Positions 33,273 to 45,188 of a stretch of 64,000 nucleotides of DNA are shown here, piece after piece (the first letter of the stretch is position 1; each line of letters begins with the position of its first letter). The position numbers were made by a program, and so were the translations under genes. The notes below the pieces were generated by a model. It was given only the letters and a program-made list of their open reading frames with translations. It made no database searches and had not been told where the DNA came from. Source of the DNA: an uncultured Actinomycetota bacterium (GTDB lineage: Bacteria > Actinomycetota > Actinomycetes > Mycobacteriales > Mycobacteriaceae); the NCBI GenBank assembly GCA_963749375.1, contig CAVVNB010000009.1, forward strand, positions 116,122 through 180,121. The letters run 5' to 3'.

Positions 33273-33659
33273 ATGCGTCGTAATGTGGTGTCCGTACTGA
33301 ATAATCAGCCGTTGATGGTGCGCGCCCTGGTCGGTGTCGGGTGTCTGATCACCGTCGCCACCGCGTTCTCGATACCGGGTGGGGCAGATCCCAGTGACGA
33401 CAACTTCATCGACGCGCTCAGTCACGCCGGAATCGAGTACGGCGAACCGGGGAACGCGATGGCCGTGGGTCAGTCCATCTGCCCGATGCTCGCTGCGCCG
33501 GGCGGCAGCTTCGCCGCCGCTGCGTCAGGTGTCGCTCACCGCGGCATGTCACCGCAGGCGGCCCGGATGTTCACCACGATCGCGATCCGGACCTACTGCC
33601 CGGACCAGATGGCAAACCTGATGGGCGGCAACGGCGTAACGGGAATTCCGGGGGTCTAG
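33273..33659 (+). CDS. DUF732 secreted protein (Rv3354-like)
   Basis: ADPSDDNFIDALSHAGI, GQSICP, AIRTYCP. Confidence 0.85.
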   Translation: MRRNVVSVLNNQPLMVRALVGVGCLITVATAFSIPGGADPSDDNFIDALSHAGIEYGEPGNAMAVGQSICPMLAAPGGSFAAAASGVAHRGMSPQAARMFTTIAIRTYCPDQMANLMGGNGVTGIPGV

Positions 33660-33931
33660 CGCGTTCCCAGCGGATCGATCGTCCAGGCGATGTAGACCAT
33701 CGCCGCCGCGACCGACGCCATCGTCGTGAAGTCGATCGCCTTGCTGCGCACCACCAACAGGCCGGCGCGGTCGTCGGTGAGCGCCAGCCTCAGCACCGCC
33801 GCCACGCCTACCCCGATCCCGATCAACAGCGCACCGCGACGCCAGAAGTTGGCCGCCGCCAGGCTGAATGCCACCACAAAGATCAGGACCACCCACACGA
33901 TCGGCCATTGCGGTCGGAGTAGTTGGCGCAT
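33656..33931 (-). CDS. DUF3017 membrane protein (Rv3355c-like)
   Basis: QWPI, FWRRG, AGLLVVRS..ID; follows folD. Confidence 0.85.
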   Translation of the reverse strand: MRQLLRPQWPIVWVVLIFVVAFSLAAANFWRRGALLIGIGVGVAAVLRLALTDDRAGLLVVRSKAIDFTTMASVAAAMVYIAWTIDPLGTR

Positions 33932-33933
33932 GC

Positions 33934-34779
33934 TCAGCGGCTTTCGGCCAACTCGACGACGTTGGTCAGCAGGAACGCGCGGGTCAACGGACCCACCCCA
34001 CCGGGATTCGGCGACACGTGGCCCGCGACCTCCCAGACATCGGGATGCACGTCGCCGGTGAGTTTGTCGTTGACGCGGCTCACGCCGACGTCGATCACGG
34101 CTGCACCCGGACGCACCATGTCGGCGGTCAGCATGTGCGGCACACCGACTCCGGCAACGATGATGTCGGCCTGCTTCGTCAGCGCAGGCAGGTCACGAGT
34201 TCCGGTGTGGCACAACGTCACCGTCGCATTCTCCGAGCGACGGGTCAGGAGCAGGCCGAGCGGCCGGCCGACCGTCACACCGCGGCCGATCACGACGACA
34301 TGCGCACCGGCGATCTCGACGTCGAAGCGACGCAGCAGGTGCACGATGCCACGCGGGGTGCAGGGCAGCGGCGCCGACTCCATCAAGACGAGCCGGCCCA
34401 GGTTCGTCGGGTGCAATCCGTCGGCGTCCTTGGCCGGATCGACGCGTTCCAGCGCCGCGTTCTCATCCAAGTGCTTGGGCAGCGGCAGCTGGACGATGTA
34501 GCCCGTGCATTCGGGATTGGCGTTGAGTTCGTCGATGGTCTCGCTGAGCTTGGCCTGGGTGATGTCGGCCGGCAGGTCGCGGCGCAGCGAGGTGATGCCC
34601 ACCTTGGCGCAGTCGGCGTGCTTGCCGCGGACGTATGCCTGCGACCCCGGGTCGTCGCCCACCAGCACGGTGCCCAGGCCGGGCGTCTTACCCGCCGCGG
34701 TCAGTGCGGCCACCCGCTCCTTGAGGTCGACGAAGATCTCGTCCCGTGTGATTTTGCCGTCCAACGTGATTGCACCCAC
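33934..34779 (-). CDS. folD: Bifunctional methylene-THF dehydrogenase/cyclohydrolase
   Basis: [30 protein letters not shown]. Confidence 0.96.
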   Translation of the reverse strand: MGAITLDGKITRDEIFVDLKERVAALTAAGKTPGLGTVLVGDDPGSQAYVRGKHADCAKVGITSLRRDLPADITQAKLSETIDELNANPECTGYIVQLPLPKHLDENAALERVDPAKDADGLHPTNLGRLVLMESAPLPCTPRGIVHLLRRFDVEIAGAHVVVIGRGVTVGRPLGLLLTRRSENATVTLCHTGTRDLPALTKQADIIVAGVGVPHMLTADMVRPGAAVIDVGVSRVNDKLTGDVHPDVWEVAGHVSPNPGGVGPLTRAFLLTNVVELAESR

Positions 34780-34881
34780 GTTGTCCAGTTTGGCATGCGC
34801 GCACATCCGGACCCCGGCCGATCGATGGCGACCCGCCGCGTTCGGCTCCGCCGATCTTGCGATCGCCATTAGGCTCCAGCC

Positions 34882-36075
34882 ATGTCCGAAGCCCCGGACG
34901 TGCTGGCACCGGCGAAGCTCGGACCCATCACGCTACGCAATCGCACCATCAAGTCCGCGACCTTCGAAGCCCGCACACCCGGCGCGCTGGTCAGCGACGA
35001 CCTCATCGAATACCACCGACTGCCGGCCGCCGGCGGAGTCGGCATGACCACGGTGGCCTACTGCGCGGTCTCCCAAGGCGGCCGCACCGAAGGCAACGGA
35101 ATCTGGATGCGCCCCGAAGCGGTGCCGGGCTTCCGGCGGCTCACCGATGCGATCCACGCCGAAGGTGCGGCGGTCTGCGCGCAGATCGGCCACGCCGGCC
35201 CGGTCGCCAACGCGCGCTCCAACAAGGCCACTGCGCTGGCGCCGGTGCGGTTCTTCAACCCGATCGGCATGCGATTCGCCAAGAAGGCCAGCCGCGACGA
35301 CATCGACGACGTGATCGCCGCCCACGCCAACGCGGCCCGGCTGGTCGTCGACTCCGGATTCGACGCCGTCGAGGTGCATCTGGGCCACAACTACTTGGCG
35401 AGTTCGTTTCTCAGCCCGCTGATCAACCGCCGCAACGACGAGTTCGGCGGATCGTTGGAGAACCGGGCCAAGGTCGCCCGCGCGATGGTGCTCGCCGTCC
35501 GCCGCGCTGTGGAAGATCAGATCGCGGTGACCGCGAAGCTCAACATGTCCGACGGCGTGCGCGGCGGCATCTCGGTCGACGAGGCGATCACCACCGCCAA
35601 GTGGTTGCAGGACGACGGTGCGCTGGACGCGATCGAACTCACCGCTGGCAGCTCGCTGGTCAACCCGATGTACCTGTTCCACGGCGACGCCCCGCTCAAG
35701 GAGTTCGCCGGCGCGTTCAAGCCGCCGCTGAGCTGGGGCATGCGGATGACCGGCAAGAAGTTCCTCCGCGAATACCCTTACCGCGAGGCGTACCTGTTGC
35801 GCCATGCCAAGCAGTTTCGCGCCGAGCTGACGATGCCGCTGATCCTGCTGGGCGGCATCACCAATCGCGACACGATGGATCTGGCCATGGCCGAAGGCTT
35901 TCAGTTCGTCGCGATGGGTCGGGCGCTGCTGGCCGAGCCCGACTTGATCAACCGGATCGCCCGCGACGGCGCGGCCGTGCGTTCCGCATGCACGCACTGC
36001 AACCGCTGCATGCCGACGATCTACACCCGCACCCGCTGCGTCGTCACCGGCGCCCCTGACGCAGTGAAGAACTGA
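34882..36075 (+). CDS. NADH:flavin oxidoreductase, OYE family (Rv3359-like)
   Basis: [40 protein letters not shown]. Confidence 0.92.
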   Translation: MSEAPDVLAPAKLGPITLRNRTIKSATFEARTPGALVSDDLIEYHRLPAAGGVGMTTVAYCAVSQGGRTEGNGIWMRPEAVPGFRRLTDAIHAEGAAVCAQIGHAGPVANARSNKATALAPVRFFNPIGMRFAKKASRDDIDDVIAAHANAARLVVDSGFDAVEVHLGHNYLASSFLSPLINRRNDEFGGSLENRAKVARAMVLAVRRAVEDQIAVTAKLNMSDGVRGGISVDEAITTAKWLQDDGALDAIELTAGSSLVNPMYLFHGDAPLKEFAGAFKPPLSWGMRMTGKKFLREYPYREAYLLRHAKQFRAELTMPLILLGGITNRDTMDLAMAEGFQFVAMGRALLAEPDLINRIARDGAAVRSACTHCNRCMPTIYTRTRCVVTGAPDAVKN

Positions 36076-36156
36076 GCACAGCCCGTGTCGTTCGGCAGCG
36101 ACTGAACGGCAGCCGATACAGTCGGTGCAGTGAGCCATCCAGCTAATGTGGGGGCG

Positions 36157-38809
36157 ATGAGTCATGCCGCCCCGCCCGCGCTGACAGTCCGGTACGACGG
36201 ATCTCAACGTACTTTCGCCGCAGGTCACGACATCGTGGTTGGCCGCGATCTGCGCGCCGACATGCGCATCACGCATCCGCTGATCTCGCGGGCACACCTG
36301 CTGCTGCGCTTCGACCAAGGCCGCTGGCGGGCCATCGACAACGGCTCGCTGAACGGCACCTACGTCAACGGGCGCCGCGTACCGGTGATCGACCTTCACG
36401 ACGGCCAGACGATCAACATCGGCAACCCCGACGGTCCGCAACTGAGTTTCGAAATCGGCCACCACGACGGATTCGCCGGCCGCCCGCCGCAGACGACGTC
36501 GATGCCGATCGCCAGGGCGGGCGCCCCGGCACGGCCGGGCCCCGCACCAGCAACCGCCACGCCCACCGGCAGGACCGCGGCCGCAGGGACTTCCTGCCCA
36601 AGGCCCGCCGGGACAGGCACCGCCCGGCCTGGGCCGCGGCCTTATCCCGGCGGACCGCCCCAGCCGCCGTATCCGGGTCCGCGTCCGCCCGCTTACCCGC
36701 CGGGCCCGCAGCACCCCGGGCCACCGCCCGTCCGGCAGCCGGCCCCGCTGGCCTCGGCTCCCCCGATGAACGTTGCGCCGAAAACCGAGATGGGCGCCGC
36801 CGGCCATCAGCACGCCACCCGAAAGCGGCAACCTGGCCACCAAGATGATCCAGGCGATCCTGCCCGGCTCGCTGACACCGGACAAGCCGCCGGGCTCGGC
36901 GACGATCGGTCGCGCCAACGACAACGACATCGTCATCCAGGACGTGCTGGCGTCGCGTCATCACGCGTTCCTGGTCGACTCGCCACTGGGCACCGAGATC
37001 CGCGACGCCCACAGCATCAACGGCACGTTCGTCAACGGTGTGCGCGTCGGCTCGGCGGTGCTCAACGAGGGCGACGTGGTCACGATCGGCAACATCGACC
37101 TCGTCTTCACCGGCGGCAACCTGGTCCGGCGCACCGAGGCCGCCACCCGCACCGGTGGCCTCGAGGTCAACGGCGTGCACTTCCGGATCGACGGCAAGGA
37201 ACTGCTGGACGGGATCTCGCTGACGGCACGGCCGGGCACGCTGACCGCGATCATCGGCGGCTCCGGCGCGGGCAAGACCACGCTGTCGCGGCTGATCGCC
37301 GGGTACACCCATCCCAGTTCCGGCAACGTCACGTTCGAGGGCCACGACATCCACGCCGAGTACGCGACGATGCGCAGCCGGATCGGGATGGTGCCGCAGG
37401 ACGACGTGGTGCACCGGCAGCTGACGGTGAACCAGGCCCTGGGGTACGCCGCCGAGCTTCGGCTGCCCCCGGACACCAACAAAGAGGAACGCGCGCAGGT
37501 CGTCGCGCAGGTGCTCGAGGAGCTCGACCTCACCAAGCACGCGGACACCCGGGTCGACAAACTCTCCGGTGGTCAGCGCAAGCGCGCATCGGTCGCGCTG
37601 GAACTGCTGACCCAGCCTTCGCTGCTGCTGCTCGACGAGCCGACCTCCGGCCTCGACCCGGCGCTGGACCGTCAGGTCATGCTGATGCTGCGTCAGCTCG
37701 CCGACGCGGGCCGTGTCGTGCTGGTCGTTACGCACTCGGTGTCCTACCTCGACGTCTGCGACCAGATTCTGTTGATGGCGCCCGGCGGCAAGATGGCGTT
37801 CAACGGACCGCCCAGCCAGGTGGGCGAAGCGCTGGGCACCACCAACTGGGCGGACATCTTCGCCAACGTCGGCGCCGACCCGGACGAGGCGAACCGCCGG
37901 TTCTTGGAACGCGGGCGGCAGACCGGAATCCAAGGCGCCGGACAAGGAAAGCCCGGCAGATCTCGGCGAACCGGTTCACAGCGATCTGCTGCGTCAACTC
38001 TCCACGATCGCGCGTCGCCAGGTCCGGCTGGTCATCTCGGACCGCGGCTACTCGGTGTTCCTCGCGGTGCTGCCATTCCTGATCGGCGCGCTGTCGCTGA
38101 CCGTGCAAAGGCCCGAAACCTGGTCTGGGCCCGGCTGATCCGCTGGGTCTGGCGCCGACCCAGCCGCAGTACATCATGGTGCTGCTCAACATCGGGGCCG
38201 TGTTCATGGGCACGGCGCTGACCATTCGTGACCTGATCGGCGAGAGACCGATCTTCAAGCGAGAACAGGCGGTCGGCCTGTCCACCACCGCCTATCTGCT
38301 GGCGAAGGTCGCCGTCTTCTGCGCCTTCGCGACCACGCAGGCAGCTGATCGCGACGATCATCGTCCGACTCGGCAAGGGCGCGCCCACCGCGCATCCGCC
38401 CTTCTTCGACAACTCGACGTTCTCGCTGTTCGTCACCGTCGCCGGCACGTGTGTGGCCTCGGCAATCCTGGGCCTGATGATGTCGGCCTTGGCGCAGACC
38501 ACCGAGCAGATCATGCCGCTGCTGGTGGTGACGATCATGTCGCAGTTGGTGCTCGCCGGCGGGATGATCCCGGTGACGGGCCGGGCGGGGCTCAACCAGC
38601 TGTCGTGGCTCACGCCCGGCCGCTGGGGTTACGCCGCCGGGGCGTCGTCCATCGACTTCCCGGACCTGGTGAAGGTCAAGCAGATTCCGACCAACGACGC
38701 GATCTGGCAGCACTCCAAGCACATATTCCTGTTCGACATGGGCATGCTGGCGGCACTGTCGCTGTTCTACGCCGGCTATGTGCGGTGGAGTATCCGGCTC
38801 AAGCGCTAG
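36157..38809 (+). CDS. Two-FHA-domain ABC transporter (Rv1747-like); at least four +1 frameshifts near 36793, 37920, 38110 and 38343
   Basis: FHA1 (GR..SRAH..SLNGTYVNG), Pro-rich linker, FHA2 (GR..SRHH..SINGTFVNG), GGSGAGKT, LSGGQRKR, LLDEPTSGLDP, ABC-2 membrane domain. Confidence 0.88.
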
Positions 38810-39353
38810 CACCGTCCAGCCGCAAACCGTGGGCCGCGGCGTAGGCCAGCGCCTGCTCGATGTCGATGCGCGCCCGGGTCAACGAGGCCGACGTCCACAG
38901 CGACGGGTCGACGATGGCGCCGCGCAGATCGGCATCGTCCAAACGGGTTCCGGTGGTGCGGGCACCGGACAGGTCCGCGCCGCGCAACACGGTCTTACGC
39001 AGGTCGGCCTCCACCAGATTCGCCTCGCGCAGCCGGCAACCACTCAAATCGATGCCGCGCAGGTCGTTTCCGCCGAGCACCGTGAGCGTGAAGTCCACCT
39101 CGTCCAGGGTCAACGGCCGAAACCGACACCGCACGAACACCGAGCCCAGCATGCTGCACTGACGAAATATGCTGTGCCACAGCGTCGTCAGGTTGAACGT
39201 GCAATTGCGGAACGCCGAACCCAGATGCTCGGACTCGGCGAGGTTGACCCCGCTGAAATCGCATTCGGTGAACACCACCCGCTCGGTGCGCAACCGGCTG
39301 AGATCGTCGTCGCGGAAATCACGTCCGACGAATTCGCAATCAGTCCAATCCAC
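38799..39353 (-). CDS. mfpA: Pentapeptide repeat gyrase-protecting protein
   Basis: Continuous A(D/N)Lxx pentapeptides; last gene of the conservon. Confidence 0.9.
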   Translation of the reverse strand: MDWTDCEFVGRDFRDDDLSRLRTERVVFTECDFSGVNLAESEHLGSAFRNCTFNLTTLWHSIFRQCSMLGSVFVRCRFRPLTLDEVDFTLTVLGGNDLRGIDLSGCRLREANLVEADLRKTVLRGADLSGARTTGTRLDDADLRGAIVDPSLWTSASLTRARIDIEQALAYAAAHGLRLDGASA

Positions 39354-39958
39354 TACGCGGTGGGCGACAAACTCGTCAGCGCATATTCGCTGACCGCAAT
39401 CAACGCATCGGTCGCCGACCTGCGGTCGCGGGCGTCGACGTTGATCACCGGTACGTGTGCAGGCAGCGTCAGCGCTTTACGCACCTCGGCCGCGGGAAAC
39501 CTTGGCGTGCCGTCGAATTCGTTGACCGCGATCAGGAATGGCAGGTTGCGATGCTCGAAGAAGTCGACGGCGGCGAAGCAGTCCTGCAGACGCCGGCAGT
39601 CGACCAGGATCACCGCGCCGATCGCACCGCGCACGAGGTCGTCCCACATGAACCAGAATCGGCGCTGCCCCGGCGTCCCGAACAGATAGAGCACCAGATC
39701 CTCGTCGAGGGTGATCCGGCCGAAGTCCATGGCGACCGTGGTGGTCTGCTTGTCCGGAGTGGCCTCCACCATGTCGATCCCGGCGGAGGCGTCGGTGACC
39801 ATCGCCTCGGTCCGCAGCGGCATGATCTCCGACACCGCGCCGACGAACGTCGTCTTGCCCGCGCCGAATCCTCCGGCGATAACGATCTTGGTGGACGCGG
39901 TGTCGCGCGGCTTCAGCTGCGGGGTGGCGGCCTCCGCATCAGAGCGCTCGTAGGCCAC
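39353..39958 (-). CDS. mfpB: Conservon small GTPase (MglA-like)
   Basis: GGFGAGKTT, TTTVAMDFG, GTPGQRRFWFMW. Confidence 0.9.
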   Translation of the reverse strand: MAYERSDAEAATPQLKPRDTASTKIVIAGGFGAGKTTFVGAVSEIMPLRTEAMVTDASAGIDMVEATPDKQTTTVAMDFGRITLDEDLVLYLFGTPGQRRFWFMWDDLVRGAIGAVILVDCRRLQDCFAAVDFFEHRNLPFLIAVNEFDGTPRFPAAEVRKALTLPAHVPVINVDARDRRSATDALIAVSEYALTSLSPTA

Positions 39959-40323
39959 GGAGCGTCCTTCCTATCAGTTCGCGGCGTTCATCGCGGGTGG
40001 AGCGTTCGGTCAATGACCGGTTAATTCGAAGGTAGCCCGAAGTCACCAGATCGCCGACCAACACGCGCGTGACACCCAGCGGCAAATTCAGACGAGCCGA
40101 GATTTCGGCCACCGACGGGCTCTTGACGCACAGTTGCACAATTCTGCCCCGTACATCGTTGAGGCGGCCAACGGTGGAACATCGCCGACTGTAGCGCCTG
40201 CACCGGCGCTTCCAACGGGATGTCGACGTTGGCCTTCGTCCGGCCCGACGTCAGGGTGTAGGGACGGACCAGACTCGCCTCAGGTGGCGGCGGCTCAGAC
40301 CCCGGTGGCTCGCGGTTGTCCAT
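39939..40323 (-). CDS. DUF742 conservon protein; +1 frameshift near 40163
   Basis: VRPYTLTSGRT, then SVAEISARLNLPLGVTRVLVGDL in the next frame. Confidence 0.87.
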
Positions 40324-40329
40324 GGCAAC

Positions 40330-40767
40330 TCACGAGTGCGACGGTGCGCGTCGGGTCGATTGCACGACGTTGCCCACCCGTTCGACAAGGACGGCCATCT
40401 CGTATCCGATCTGCCCGATGTCGCACGACGTCGAGGCCAGCGTTGCCAGATGGGACCCGTCGCCGACCTGCATCAGCAGCAGGTAGCCGTTCTGCATCTC
40501 CACCACCGATTGCAGCACTTGGCCGCCCTCGAACAGTTGCGCGGCACCGTTGGCCAGGCTGGCCAGACCCGACGACACCGCCGCGAGTTGGTCGGCCCGC
40601 TCCTTCGGCAGGCGTTCGCTGGCCGCGATCAGCAGCCCGTCGACGGACACCAGGATGGCGTGCGACACCCCGCGCACCTCGCGGGCGAAGTTCGACACCA
40701 GCCAGTCCAGGGAATTGTCGGAGGGCGCGGGTTGGCTCGGCTGTAGGGGCGGGAAACCAGAGGTCAT
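40330..40767 (-). CDS. Roadblock/LC7 conservon protein
   Basis: [32 protein letters not shown]. Confidence 0.9.
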   Translation of the reverse strand: MTSGFPPLQPSQPAPSDNSLDWLVSNFAREVRGVSHAILVSVDGLLIAASERLPKERADQLAAVSSGLASLANGAAQLFEGGQVLQSVVEMQNGYLLLMQVGDGSHLATLASTSCDIGQIGYEMAVLVERVGNVVQSTRRAPSHS

Positions 40768-43514
40768 TCGCGATCGGATCCTTGATCGTTGTCACGGGCA
40801 TGCGAGCGTCCAGCGCGGACGCCGCCGAAATGGCTGCTCATCGAGGCGCGCACGGCCTCGGGGTCGCGTAGTTGATGCGTGGGAGTGCGACTTCCGCCGT
40901 TGGCGGCGGTTCCGTTGTCGTCGGCGCGGTGGTGCGCGTTTCCGTTCGGTTCGCTGCCGCCCGGCACCAGCCGTGCACCGGGGTCGCGCACCGGCAGGCC
41001 ATGTTCGGTGTGCGCCTCGACGGGCGCGCTTTCCACTTCGGCGGCTGCCGACCAGCCGCGGTCCCAGACCGACTGCCAGTCCAGGTCTGGGCTGTGCGCC
41101 AGCTGCTCGCGCGGGTCGACCAGCCATTCGGAGAGCATCCGCTGGTAGATCAGATCGTCCTCGGGCGATTCGCTGGACGGCGCTGTTTCGGCGGCCCAGA
41201 CCTCGTCGACCTCGGGCAGTTCGGCTTGGGCCGCGGGCGTGGGCGGCTCGGCTTCGGATCGCTTCCGGTCCTCCCGGTGGAATCGCACCCGTGAGCCGAA
41301 GAACGACGAGGTATTCGAAACCGGCTGCGCGACAGGCTGTTCCGCCGCCGATTCGGCGACCTCTTCCGGGGCGGTGGGCGGGTCGCTGCGATCCGGCGGT
41401 GCGGTCGGCGCGCCGGTGATGCCGCTGCTGCCGGGCCTGCGCCGGGGCAGCAGGCTGATCGACGACTCGGTCGAATGCGAACCGTTCCGCTCGGAGGCGT
41501 CGGCGGGGGCCGCCGGCGAACTCGGGCGCGACGGCCAGCGGCTCAGGCGACGGGAAGGACGCTGCCACGGGTTCTGCTTCGCGCGGCGTCGCCGGGCCCG
41601 CGTCGCCGCTCGCCAGCACGGTCGACGGCAGATAGACCTCGGCGGTCGTGCCCGACCGCGCCTCCTCGAGTGATGAGCTACGCAGCCGAACCCGGATGCC
41701 GTGCCGGTCGGCAAGCCGGCCGACCACGAAAAGCCCCATGTGGCGGGCGCTGTCGGGGCTGACCTCTCCCCCGGCGCGTAGGCGCATGTTGGCGATCCGG
41801 CGGTCGCCGTCGGTCATGCCCAGCCCGACGTCGACGATCTGCAGCAGAACCGCTCCGTCGCTGCGGAAGCCGGCCGAGACCCGCACCGGCGACGCCGGCG
41901 GCGAGTAGCGCAGCGCGTTGTCGACCAGCTCGGCAAGCAGATGGACGATGTCGCCGGAGGCCGCCCGGTGATCGTGCAATCGGGCACCATCGACGTCTCG
42001 ACCCGGCGATAGTCCTCGACCTCGGACGCGGCCGCGTGGATGATCGACGACAGCGGCACGGCCGTGCGTTGATCTCCGCGCGAGCTCTGCGAACCCGCCA
42101 GCACCAGCAGGTTCGCCCCGTTTCGGCGCATCCGGGCGGCCAGATGGTCCAGACGGAACAGGCTGTCGAGTCGCTCGGGATCTTCCTCGTTGCGCTCGAG
42201 GCGGTCGATCAGCGAGAGCTGCTGGTCGACCAGCGAGCGGTTGCGTCGCGACATCGTCTCGAACATGTCGTTGACCAGGTGCCGCAGCCGGGCTTCGTCC
42301 CCCGCCAACAGCAATGCCTGCGTGTGCAACTCGTCGACGGCGTGCGCGACCTGGCCGATCTCCTCGGTGGTGTGCACCGGCAGCGGCTCGGGCGGCGATT
42401 CGTCACCGGCCCGCACCCGGGTGATTTCACGTTCGAGGTCTTCGTGGGCGACCTTCAGGGCGCCGTCACGCAGCACCCGCAGCGGCTGGATCAGCGAGCG
42501 CGCGACCAGCAACACGATGACCAGCGCTGCGACGATGGCGGACAGCACCAGCACGGTGTCCCGGATCGCGGCGTTGCGGCGGTCGTGCGCCTGGCTCTCG
42601 ACGGCCTTGGTCACCTTTTCGGTGATGTCGTTGATGATCTGCGCGGCGATCCCGTCGGTGGTCTGCACCGAGTGCAGTAGTCCCGGGTTGTTCACCAGCT
42701 TTTGCGACGGATCGGACATCAACCCCATCCGGATCACCATCTGCTGCTGCAGCGTCTTGGCCTCCGGCGAGCCGACGCCCAGCACTTCGGCCATTCCGAA
42801 CAGGGTCGACGGCTCGGTGCCGGCCAGGGTGATCATCGACGTCCGCAGCTCTGGCTCGGGCAGATCAGCGCCGCGTGCGATCAACACCTGCTGCATCATC
42901 ATCTGGCCGCGGGCCCCGATCGCCCGGCTGAGCCCCTGCGCCTCGGCTCGGATCTGCTCGTTGTCGACGCGCACCGACCCGTCGATGGCGTTCTCGGCGG
43001 TCAACAGGATGGGCGCGTAGGTCGTCACCCGGGGGCGTAGGCCGAGCGTGTTCGACTCGACGTTGTCCAGCAGGGACTGCCCACCGTCCAGCATGGCGTC
43101 GACGCCGGCGGCCACATCGGGCGCGACGTCGGTTCCGTGCAACCGGGCTTCGAGCTCACTTTTGCGGGCGTCGTAGTTCTTCTTCGCGCCGGCGGCATCG
43201 CCACCGGTCGAGCCCGCCAGTAATGCCACGTCGAGCGCCGACATGTATTTGGTAATCGCAGGAACCATCTCGGCGCGGTCGGCCGCCAAGCGAAGCCGAT
43301 GCGCATCGGTCAGCGCATCCGCAATACGAAATCCCCCGAAAACCATTGCCAGTACCAATGGCAGCGCGACAATGGCGACGACTTTCCACCGGACCGGCCA
43401 ATTTCGCAGCGACCACGACGCCGGCCGTTTCGAAGCGGCCTCGACGCTGCTGCTGTCTGCGGGCTCATTTTTCGACGACGAGACCGCCCGCTTGGGGCGG
43501 GCAAACATAGTCAC
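40764..43514 (-). CDS. Conservon membrane sensor histidine kinase-like protein (Rv3365c-like); frameshifts near 41965 and 41510
   Basis: Two TM helices, [47 protein letters not shown]-terminal [15 protein letters not shown]. Confidence 0.88.
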
Positions 43515-43838
43515 CGGACCAGCCCGCTGTGAGCGTCCGCTCCGCTGAATCGCAGTGTTAGCGCGTCGTTCATGAGACTTCCTGCTAATTGCGCCCACCC
43601 CGAGCGACGGGCAAGCGTTATACGCCTGGCAATTTAGCGAGTATGACAGGCTGCGGCGGTAGTGACCACAATTCTTACTGAACAGACAGAGTTCACCGAG
43701 GCTCTTGCGACTCCGCCAGGAATAGCCGAGCAAATTATCTGAGGGCCCCGCGACAGGCCGCCACAGTGCGCCGGGCGGCCGAAGATGGCGGGTGACTGGA
43801 GTCGCGGAGGCTCGGCCCTTTTCCGGTTACCGTGTGTT

Positions 43839-44303
43839 GTGTTCAGGCTGCTGTTTTACTCGCCCCGAATCCCGCCCAATACGGGTAATGCAATCCGAAC
43901 TGCGGCGGCGACCGGAGCAGAACTGCATCTCGTCGAGCCGTTGGGTTTCGACCTCTCCGAACCCAATCTTCGTCGGGCCGGGCTGGACTACCACGACCTG
44001 GCCTCGGTCACCGTCCATCCGTCACTGGATGACGCATGGACGGCGATCGCGCCGCAGCGGGTGTTCGCTTTCACCGCCCACGCGACGCGGCTGTTCACCG
44101 ACGTCAGTTATCGGCCCGGCGACGTGCTGATGTTCGGCCCCGAGCCCACCGGGCTGGACGCGGCGACACTGGCGGATCCGCACATCACCCAGCGGGTGCG
44201 CATCCCGATGCTCGATGGCCGACGGTCGCTGAACTTGGCCAACGCCGCCGCGGTCGCCGTGTACGAGGCGTGGCGGCAACAGAGCTTCGCCGGCGCTCGG
44301 TGA
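43839..44303 (+). CDS. trmL: tRNA (cytidine34-2'-O) methyltransferase, SpoU family
   Basis: PRIPPNTGN, RRAGLDY, FGPEPTGL, RSLNLANA. Confidence 0.92.
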   Translation: MFRLLFYSPRIPPNTGNAIRTAAATGAELHLVEPLGFDLSEPNLRRAGLDYHDLASVTVHPSLDDAWTAIAPQRVFAFTAHATRLFTDVSYRPGDVLMFGPEPTGLDAATLADPHITQRVRIPMLDGRRSLNLANAAAVAVYEAWRQQSFAGAR

Positions 44304-44340
44304 CGATGCGGAACGCGACGCCAGACCTGCGCCCGGTGAT

Positions 44341-44986
44341 CTACCAGGTGTTCCAGTGCGTGAGCTGTTCAGCCGGCAACCGCTTGGCCGGCTTGAAATC
44401 GGTGCCCTTGGTGTAGGCGATCGGGAAAAGGCCGGCCTGGCTGTACTTCTCGTAGGGGATGCCCAGGATCTCGGCCACCTTCTCCTCGCCACCGCGGATC
44501 AGGTGCAGCGTCGTCCAGCAGGTGCCCAGTCCCCGCGAGCGCAGCGCGAGACAGAAGCTCCAGATCGCCGGGTGCAGTGACGCCCAGAACCCGGCGCCAC
44601 CCATCGGCTGCTTGTCTTCGCGGCCTTCGATGCACGGAATCAACAGCACCGGCGCTTCGTGGATGTGCTCGGCCAGATAGCTCGCCGAATCACGGACGGC
44701 GCCCATCCGCTCGCCACGGGTGTCTCCGTCTCCGTATTCCGGTGACGGCGAGTTCAGGTAGCCGCGTGGCGTTGTCCAGGTAGATCTCGCCGATCGCCTT
44801 CTTCTTCTTCTCGTCCTCGATGAAAACCCATTGCCAGCCTTGGGAATTGGAGCCGGTGGGCGCCTGCAGCGCCAGGTCGAGGCATTCCATCAGTAGCTCG
44901 TGGGACACGGGCTTGGCGAAGTCGAGGCGCTTGCGGACCGAGCGGGTGGTGGTGAGGAGTTCGTCGACAGAAAGATTGAGGGCCAT
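44341..44986 (-). CDS. Nitroreductase-family protein (Rv3368c-like); +1 frameshift near 44766
   Basis: LTTTRSVRKRLDF and QAPTGSNSQ, then LRSRGLGTCWTTLH in the next frame. Confidence 0.88.
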
Positions 44987-45070
44987 GTTCGCGAGATTAC
45001 TCATGCCGCGGAGTCACATTGTTCCCGCCCGCACCGCCGGCTGACCGGTGTGTGTTGCGTGAAATCGCGA

Positions 45071-45116
45071 CCACATGCGATATCACCGGCATCGCGCCAG
45101 GTGATATCGCATGTGG
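45071..45116. repeat. Perfect 17-bp inverted repeat; terminator-like or REP-like
   Basis: CCACATGCGATATCACC (45071-45087) / GGTGATATCGCATGTGG (45100-45116). Confidence 0.75.
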
Positions 45117-45188
45117 CAACGAATTGAAAAAGCATCAACCTCCGAGACACGCGACGCACGATGCTGCTGCGTCCCTTGAGGTTCGCCG

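Noticed and set aside
36500-36770. GC-rich quasi-repeats as a repeat array
   Set aside because: They encode the Pro/Gly-rich inter-FHA linker.
38799-43514. Sensor-roadblock-DUF742-GTPase-pentapeptide operon as a new system
   Set aside because: Already described as the mfp conservon; only its leader is flagged.
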